Assembly (NCBI GenBank): GCA_050014495.1
Contig: JBEKDF010000021.1
Coordinates: forward strand, 1 to 49,177
Source: Candidatus Bathyarchaeia archaeon
GTDB taxonomy: Archaea > Thermoproteota > Bathyarchaeia > TCS64
DNA: 49,177 nt
Direction of reading: 5' to 3'
Part shown: in pieces, positions 48,002-49,177 of the stretch
Layout of the letters: each line of letters starts with the position of its first letter
Position numbering within the stretch: the first letter of the stretch is position 1
Position numbers and translations under genes: made by a program
The notes under the pieces: generated by a model
What the model saw: only the letters and a program-made list of their open reading frames with translations
Databases searched by the model: none
Told to the model about the DNA's origin: nothing

Positions 48002-48817
48002 ATGATGGTCTTTCTCGAAGTAAACGGTGATAAATGTATAGAGTGCGGAGTCTGCTCCGAGGAGTGCCCGCACCGACTAATAGAGACCTCTGCTGGGATA
48101 CCGATTGCCAAAGCGGACGCCGAAGAGTACTGCATGGACTGCGGACACTGCGTAGCAGTCTGCCCCACCGGAGCACTAACGCATAGATCAATGAATCCGA
48201 GTAGCCTCACACCGCTGAGAAGAGAGCTTCTCCCAAACTACGAGCAAGTAGAACATCTGCTCAGGTCTCGCAGATCGGTGAGAAGCTACGAGGACAAGCC
48301 TGTTCCAGTTAGACAACTTGAGAAAATCATTGACGTGGCGAACCACGCGCCGACAGGTTTGAACTCTCAGGCTGTGAAGTGGCTGGTTATCAAGGATCGA
48401 TCTGAGGTGAAGAGATTTGCCAGTATGGCTGCAGAGTATCTGAGGTCGATGATCACGGATAACCCTGAGAGGGCTAGGGCGATAAACGCGGCGAAGTGGG
48501 TGGGGAACTGGGACGCAGGCGTTGACTCCATCACGTGGGGTGCTCCACACGTTGTGGTAGCCTACGCTGATGATGCGAGGTGGGATTGGGAGGCGCAGAT
48601 CGCGTTGACGTTCCTCGACTTGGCTGCGTACTCGGCTGGGCTGGGGTCGTGTTGGGGTGGTCTGTTCACCATCGCTGCTAGGAGTTCTGAGCCGATGTTT
48701 GCAGCTCTGGGGATTCTTGAAGGAAGTATACCTCTTGGAGCAATGATGATTGGTTACTCCAAGAACGAGTTCCATGGGATTCCCCAGCGTAGAAAATATG
48801 AGGTTCTATGGCGGTAG
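48002..48817 (+). CDS. Nitroreductase family protein with N-terminal 2x[4Fe-4S] domain
   Basis: Two CxxCxxCxxxCP motifs, RRSVRSY, APTGLNSQ, GLGSCW. Confidence 0.9.
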   Translation: MMVFLEVNGDKCIECGVCSEECPHRLIETSAGIPIAKADAEEYCMDCGHCVAVCPTGALTHRSMNPSSLTPLRRELLPNYEQVEHLLRSRRSVRSYEDKPVPVRQLEKIIDVANHAPTGLNSQAVKWLVIKDRSEVKRFASMAAEYLRSMITDNPERARAINAAKWVGNWDAGVDSITWGAPHVVVAYADDARWDWEAQIALTFLDLAAYSAGLGSCWGGLFTIAARSSEPMFAALGILEGSIPLGAMMIGYSKNEFHGIPQRRKYEVLWR

Positions 48818-48967
48818 GTTTCCACTAATCTGATTTCCTCAATAGCCTTATCCTCACTTCCCTCTGATACTGAACTGTACGCAACCATTAAATATCCAAG
48901 AGGGAGAAATAAAAAACGGTTCTACCTTCACCATTCAGTGACTGCAGAATCATAAGGAGGAGCTAAC

Positions 48968-49177
48968 ATGATTGTGAGGAGAGTCACATACACTAGCCAG
49001 ACGGGCAAAGACATGATGAAGTGGATGAAAGCCAACAGCCAGTGGCTACGGGGAGTCGACGGCATGCGTAGGGTCGAGTTCATCAGGTCGAGGGACAACA
49101 CCGGGCTCTGGGGCGCCTACTTCTACTTCAACGACTATAAGGACCTGGAGAGGTACAAGGAATCTGGTCCATACAAG
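48968..49177 (+). CDS. Hypothetical protein, possibly ABM-like dimeric alpha/beta barrel; 3'-truncated by window edge
   Basis: AAGGAGG RBS at 48954-48960; open frame MIVRRVTY...LRGVDGM.RVEF...WGAYFYF..YKDLERY to the window end. Confidence 0.6.
   Translation, partial: MIVRRVTYTSQTGKDMMKWMKANSQWLRGVDGMRRVEFIRSRDNTGLWGAYFYFNDYKDLERYKESGPYK

Noticed and set aside
605..48775. Numerous short antisense or alternate-frame ORFs in the track overlapping assigned genes
   Set aside because: They are shadows of well-supported genes and carry no independent motifs
1..49177. CRISPR array, rRNA, intact transposase, intein in MCM
   Set aside because: No regularly spaced repeats, rRNA-like sequence or transposase motifs seen; MCM is normal length (681 aa)

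Overview
Archaeal chromosomal window, most consistent with a TACK lineage such as Bathyarchaeia (inferred from gene content: GINS23-MCM pair, rpoN-rps2-MEMO-mvk-ipk-fni-idsA-gltX cluster, rpl7ae-rps28e-rpl24e, RNase P proteins, and a BHB-intron tRNA). 1-10 kb: thyX (partial) and amino-acid/peptide catabolic genes (amidinotransferase-like, amidohydrolase, iorAB, aldo-keto reductase, M20 peptidase). 10-31 kb: core information-processing and lipid genes, three tRNAs (Arg-TCG, Leu-CAG, intron-containing Tyr-GTA), gcvTH, an OSTC/DC2-like membrane protein, mtnA, ogg, gins-mcm, ino1, ndk. 31-49 kb: accessory region. Its main signal is an apparently complete bacillithiol-type pathway in an archaeon (bshA, bshB, bshC with a Cys4 insert, plus two DinB/BstA-superfamily paralogs), interrupted by an HTH/membrane-protein pair and an integrase remnant that lacks its catalytic core. 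Other oddities: ino1 has no canonical in-frame start, a threonine dehydratase-like gene has an in-frame TAG, (CG)n tracts recur in intergenic DNA, and there is a dispersed ~20-bp repeat. One ORF-track strand label (31322..31909) is wrong: that gene is on the + strand. All family calls come from motif recognition by eye, not from database searches.
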